42,673 nt of DNA from Spirogloea muscicola. Taxonomy: Eukaryota. This document shows positions 36,701-42,673 of the stretch, piece after piece. The stretch spans positions 577,768 through 620,440 of the forward strand of contig WELB01000013.1 in the NCBI GenBank assembly GCA_009602725.1. Direction: 5' to 3'. The translations under genes were made by a program, and so were the position numbers. The notes beneath the pieces are model-generated. The model was not told the origin of the DNA and ran no database searches. It saw nothing but the letters and a program-made list of their open reading frames with translations. The stretch's first letter is position 1. Every line of letters starts with the position of its first letter.

Positions 36701-39700
36701 AGGTTCTTGCTGGTCCCACGTGGACTCCTGCTTGACTCACATTGTTCAGAGCGATGCCTACTTTTCATACATGAAAGCTATTGCAACCTGACCCCTCGGA
36801 AACTCAAAACCTCACTCCTCATCGTTTTGCACTGCCATGGCTGGTTGTGTTGTGGATCACTTTGATATCTCTTTGTTTCCTCGATCTCAGCGTCCCCTCA
36901 TTGCCTGCAATACACACTTCAATGGTGCAGTCACGTGCTACTTGTATGTCTATGGTTCGGGCCTGCTCGGTGCCTTCCTGTTCCAGTTCTTCTATGAGGA
37001 CCAGCATTTCTCTCGTGGGCACCTTGGCCACTACAACCACCTAACGAAAAGTGCATGGGACAAGTTCAATTATGTAAAGAGGATACATCCTTAGGTGCAG
37101 CCTTTAGAAACATACGACGGCGATTGTGGTGTACAGGCATTCTGGAGATACTATGCAGCCTGCTCTGTGAAGTTTTTATGACATAGTAGCATGTGCTGGG
37201 CAGCATTGCTGACAATGACTTGTCCTTTGAGGTGCAGGCGGTGCAGTATTTGCCATGGAACTTCTCCCGTGCTTTGCCCTGTACCGGGGGCTTTACGAGT
37301 TTGCGAGCTACGCATTCCTTGGGGACTACAATGGCACAGGGGGCATGGGGTGGAAGAACCTTGGCGATTCTGACAACGGCCTGCCTGTTGTGTTCGCCAT
37401 TCTGGTCATTGAGTGGCTCATATTCTTGCCACTGTCCTATTACTTTGATCAGGTTCACAATGCAAAAGCTTTGTTGCCTTTTCCTGATTTAATGCAGCTG
37501 AATTGACACCCTCTTCCTTCAAAGCATACAGAGTGCTAAGTCAAGCCTCAGTTTCTCTTTCTTCAGGTAGCGGTCTCTTGGCAAGGGCAAGTAACTGGAT
37601 GTTTAAAAATATTAATGATCACTAAAGATACAATGATCAACTCTCAGCATGGTACTCTCTCAATGAACAATGCTGCTAAGGTGAGTCTCTGAATCCCCTT
37701 GTAATTCTGTGCAGGTGTTGGCAAGTGGGAGTGGCGTGAAGCGGCATCCGCTCTTCTTTCTGGATCGCTGCCGACGGCGGGCTAAGGCCGACCAGCTGCT
37801 TAGCGACCGGCATGCCCAGAACTCGACTGGCCAAGTGGACATAGAGCTTGACCGACCTGACGTGATGCAGGAGGCAAGTGTGATCAGTGATATGTTATAG
37901 ACAACATGCTTTCTTCCCCTCGTTGGTTGGCGGCCAATGTACTTCCAGAATGCGCTCTCATGCTGTTGCGGTAGTGTATTTCTTCTGAGAGACCCCATGT
38001 CCTGGCTGAGACACGCTTCGTATCGAAGTCAGTTAATTGCTCACAGTGGATTCATATTTGAGCAGAGGGCAATGGTGGCGGAGTTGCTGGAGCGCGGCAA
38101 TCTGGGAGGGCACGCCATCATTTGCGACGATTTAAGGAAGATGTACCCTGGACGTAATGGGAATCCTGACAAGCTCGCCGTGCGGGGGATGTCCCTGGCC
38201 GTCTCGCGGGGCGAGTGCTTTGGCATGCTTGGCCCCAATGGCGCGGGCAAGACCTCCAGCATCAACATGGTATGTGGCCCAAGCTCGTTGTCATCACTTC
38301 ACTGCCAGTTGCTAACAGCAAAGAAGCATCACTGTGGGCTGTTGCAAAGATCTGTAAGCTTGTGCTTGATAAACAGTCCTTGATTTCTGGCTCCCCTCAC
38401 CCTTGTAGATGATTGGGTTTCTGCCACCCACTTCTGGATGTGCTTGGATTGAGGGCTTTAGCATACTCGAGGACATGCCCAGCATTTACTCAATCATGGG
38501 TGTTTGCCCACAACATGAGTAAGTCTGCCAAGCGTACTGTCAAGCGACCCCTTGGTTTTCTGAGGATTACCATGACTACTATGATGACTTTCGTTTAGTA
38601 GATAACACCCCAAGATGCAGGCTGGCATGTAGACGTCCCTTGTGTTGATCGAGCTTTTTGTTGACGACGGAGCTGCGCCGCTCTTCATAAATTTGCACTG
38701 GTTGCGATTGTCTTGCAACGTCTTGCAGCCTGCTGTGGGAGCAGCTGACTGCCAGAGAGCACCTCCTCTTCTACGGGAGACTGAAGAACCTGAGGGGTCC
38801 TGCCCTCCACCAGGCAGTCACCCAGTCCCTGCAGAGCGTCAACTTGCTCAGCAGTGGCGTGGAGAATAAGAAGGCTGGCACTTACAGCGGAGGCATGAAG
38901 CGACGGCTCTCCGTTGCCATCGCTCTCATTGGCAATCCGCTGGTGAGCATGCCTTTGATGGAGGGAAATTCCTCAATAGAGATTCTCTCCTTGATAGTGT
39001 CTGCATGTACAGTGTACATTCACGCCACCCTGGATGTACGAACTCACTGGCAGACAATATGACCTGCAGGTGGTGTACATGGACGAGCCATCGACTGGCC
39101 TTGATCCAGCTTCGCGTCTTAACCTCTGGAACGTGGTGAAGGAGGCAAAGAAGGACTGCGCCATCATTCTCACCAGTATGCATCCTACGCCTTAGGCTAC
39201 TCATGATTTCCAAGAAGATTGTTGCTGTCTATATGCTGCAGTTGTCAATCTGCAATGCTGGTGAACAAAGTGCTTTTGAATTATTATGGCATTGTGAAAG
39301 CGCTCTGGCAGGCCTAATGTGAACACGTACAACACATGTAAGTAAATATCTGGTTCTTTTGATGCAGCACATGCAATGGATGAAGCGGAGGCGCTTTGTG
39401 ACCGTATTGGCATTTTCGTGGATGGCCAGTTCAATTGCATAGGGAATCCCAAGGAGGTATAGACTTATTTTGGTTGAGAAGCTGCCAACGTTTTACAAGC
39501 TGTCTCATGCATCTTGCTAGCCTGGTCTTACAGCTGTGGTCAGTAACGTAGGGTGCTGTTGGTTTCACTGAATGCTTCTCCAAGCCCTTGTCTTGGTTAT
39601 GCTGGCTGATGATCATGCAGCTGACATCCCGGTATGGGGGGAGCTACATGTTCACCATCACAACACCACCAGAGCATGAGGCTGATGCTGCTCGGTTGGC

Positions 39701-40138
39701 GACCTCCCTCACTCCAAATGCCAAGAAGGTGTACAGCTTGTCTGGCACCCAGAAATTCGAGTTGCCTACCAATGAGGTAAGACAGCATGTAAGAGATATC
39801 TGAGTGATGAGGCCAGAGGTACTGGACATATTGACCTAGGCACTGGCCTTCACGTCTGGGTCATGGCTAATACCGCCTGAGGTTGCTTCTGCTGCAAAGC
39901 TTATGTAAGATCGTGATGCTGAGCACAGTTGGACTGCACTACTTGAATGTTCGAGTCAAGTTTGAGCTGCAAGCATTTGGTGGCTGGCACGCAGGTGGAG
40001 ATTGTTGATGTGTTTAAGGCCGTGGAGCAAGCCAAGCAAGCGATGCAAATCCAAGCCTGGGGCGTGGCCAACACCACCTTGGAAGATGTATTTATCACCA
40101 TTGCCAAGGAGGCTCAGGAGGGGACTGTACTTTCTTAG
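33702..40138 (+). CDS. Half-size ABC transporter subfamily A, ABCA7/ATH6-like, about 21 exons
   Basis: [25 protein letters not shown], a Cys-rich CGCKC..CGLEYS ectodomain and [20 protein letters not shown]. Walker [10 protein letters not shown], signature [10 protein letters not shown], Walker B VVYMDEP, THAMDEAE, and C-terminal [12 protein letters not shown]. Stop at 40136-40138. Confidence 0.92.
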
Positions 40139-40796
40139 CAAACGACGCACCGGCATTTATTGACCTTACGTCATACACAAGGCCAAAACACTGTCACACC
40201 TATTGTTTGTCACTAACGATTCTGCTCGAAGCTTCTATGCATGGGCACCTCTGCAGCAATATGGTGCTTGCGGTGGGAGACCACAAGACCTGGGATGGTC
40301 TGGTTATGCCAACGTACCAGTTTCTTATTGTTTCTTATTGTATTATTTTTTTCAGTGTACAAATCGCCAGTGATCTGGCAGCCTTCCTTCAACATTCTTG
40401 ATCCACAGAGGAAAGCATCGCTGCTATTTCTGTTTTGATCTGTGCAAACGAAGACAATTTGTCTTGCCAGCATCAGCAGCTAGTTGAAGCTCTGGTTGTT
40501 GTAGTTCTTTGTTGCTGATTTCAATAATTCGTGAACATACCTTTGCTTGTGCCCACGTACTTGTGCCAACTGACACATGTGGTCTGACCAGCGAGGACAT
40601 GGCGTAACCACCTTCCTTCATCATCACGTCAATTCCTGAATTTCTTTAGCTATTACACAGCCTGGTGCCTAAGTGTCTGCGAGTTCTGTGTCAGCTCTCC
40701 AATGTCGTCACATCTTGCTAACCAGTTGTAGGACTTAGGCATATCTCCACCTCCACCTTGACTAAAAACTACGTGGCTTGGGCCTTTTGTTGTAGC

Positions 40797-42673
40797 TCAA
40801 ATTGCCAGTTCATAACGAGCCTCCACATCCTTCCAGTTGACCACCTTCCATATGTTCTTCAGGTACTCTGGTTTCACGTTCTTGTACTGTAAGAAAATAC
40901 AGTAGCTTCCTTTAGTCACATTGCTCATTCACCTCTCTAGGTCATATGAAGCTTGAAACATTGTGGTCATGCCAAATGGGATTCTATTATTAAGCCATCC
41001 GGACAATGACTAAGGATATGGTGTGTTCCTAAACAGCAATTTGACCCTCAAATAAGATTCAATGTGACATGATTGATCAACCTGGAGGTAGAATGCGTGC
41101 TCCCAGACATCAACTCCGAGTAAAGGTGTTAGCCCTTGCATACTAAGTGGGTCCTGCCAGTAGAATTATTTGACAAGCTCAGCTCATCAAATGCAATACC
41201 AATCACAATGAATTGATATGACCAAGGGCCACCCTGTGTCACTAGGGTCAAATCATCATTCATCACTAAATACAGGTTGTAATGTTGATGCATGCGACCC
41301 AAGGCTTGATTGAAGTGGGTACTCCCTAGTATGTCAGATTGTGCTCCAAAATTCGTGCTAAATTTCTATAGGAGCCTCAGAGCGTACGGAATCCGTTTGC
41401 ATTTCATTGATCCTTACGACATTCACTTGCAAGAGAAGTATGAGTTGGAAGATGAGCATGCCATCTGCAGGGTTTTGCAGTCTATACCTGGTTGGCAGTT
41501 GTGGTTATGAGCAGCCGCTTCTTTTCAGGGTGAAGGCCAAGCCACTATCGTGATTCCCAAAGGATTTGGAAATCAAAAGGGTAACTTAGTCAGGCGCTAC
41601 AGAACGCTGATCTAGTAAGCATCAGAGGCACACACCGTGTCAGCTAACAGACAGCGAGCAGAGGCAGTAGCAGTGGTAGAGATTGCGATCTTCGTCTAGA
41701 TCACAGTAGATACTAATAGACGGACTGAAAGAGAACGAATCTACTGGGCTCTCAGCTCAAGTATATCGGTGTCCTGCTGCTCACCACCCAGCCAGAACCC
41801 TGAAGGGCTGCTCCTGCTGCATTGAACTTCTCCTTGAAGCTGGCTAGGGACCCAAACTCAGAGTCAATTGCAGATGAGAGCTTACCGGAGGCCAGCTCTC
41901 CGCCGCCCTCCTGCAATGTAGTATGCACACGTGTCAGCAAAATTCTATCTCACCTTGATACAGGTATGCTTGTCTGATGCGCAAGTGTCGTTTGCAATGC
42001 TGCCTACTATTTAAGCTGCAGATAGAACATCTGCTTAAGTCTTACTCCATCTAGTGCTGAGCAGCCATAGAGGAAGAGTGCCGGCTGGGGTGCCCAACCT
42101 TGGGCGGCGCCAGATTTTGCCAGAAGATGGTGTGATTGATGTGACCTGCAGCCATTATATGATCGCTCAGGGAGGGCCCACATCGCTGCGAGCTTCAGAA
42201 AGGGCCAAGGCTTACACCTCGCCACGTCGGCAGACTGTGAGACGAAGTGCGCAAGCAGCAAACGACACAGAACATGGCTACATCCGCTTAGTCTGAACGG
42301 GCTGGTCGTCGCTTCGAGCGAGACAGGACGTGACATCAGGCGCAGTAAGTAAGTGAAGGCAGGGTCAGGATGCTGGGGAAATCACCTCCGCCATTGAACT
42401 TGAGGGCGCCCTGGAGCGCAATCTCCGTCTCGAGGTCCTCGCTGCCGTGCGCCGCCTCCAGCTGCTCCAGCGCCTTGTTGAGGTTCGTGACGTACGTCTG
42501 GTGGTGCTTCTGGTGGTGCAGCCTCATGATCTCCTCGCTAATCACCGGCTCCAGCGCGTCGTACTCGTACGGCAGCGCCGGCAGCGAGAAGCTGTGCGCG
42601 CCCCGCGACGGCGCCGCCGCAGCCGCAGCAGCGGCGGCGGCGGCGGCATGGCGTTGGCCGCCGGAGGCCGCCG
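40797..42673 (-). CDS. MSD1: Manganese superoxide dismutase (mitochondrial type), 6 exons, start outside the window
   Basis: Exons >42673-42386, 42145-42099, 41910-41785, 41544-41488, 41153-41082 and 40886-40797. Motifs [48 protein letters not shown] and DVWEHAFY. Confidence 0.95.

Overview
This is eukaryotic nuclear DNA from a green plant lineage, most likely a streptophyte alga. The evidence is GC-rich 5' exons, many short introns, plant-type TTTAGGG repeats and land-plant-like proteins; the species cannot be fixed from sequence alone. There are seven protein genes: an intronless orphan with five R-[C/S]-[A/S]-W-P-R repeats (+), a homeobox gene (-), a TFIIIC 90-kDa/GTF3C4-like gene (-), an organellar aspartyl-tRNA synthetase (-), a head-to-head pair of half-size ABCA transporters (ABCA2-like -, ABCA7-like +), and a mitochondrial-type Mn-SOD (-, 5' end outside the window). 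Two patterns stand out. First, one repeat family sits upstream of all six genes whose 5' flank is visible, and I saw it nowhere else. It consists of decayed 3' ends of a restriction-like-endonuclease (RLE) non-LTR retroelement, 3'UTR hairpins, a conserved ~75-nt motif and degenerate ~70-bp tandem units. Second, the orphan looks like an organelle-targeted sticker-and-spacer protein, with an architecture recalling pyrenoid Rubisco linkers. Two N gaps (8577-9123, 17568-17764) obscure gene 5' regions. Exon coordinates were read by eye.
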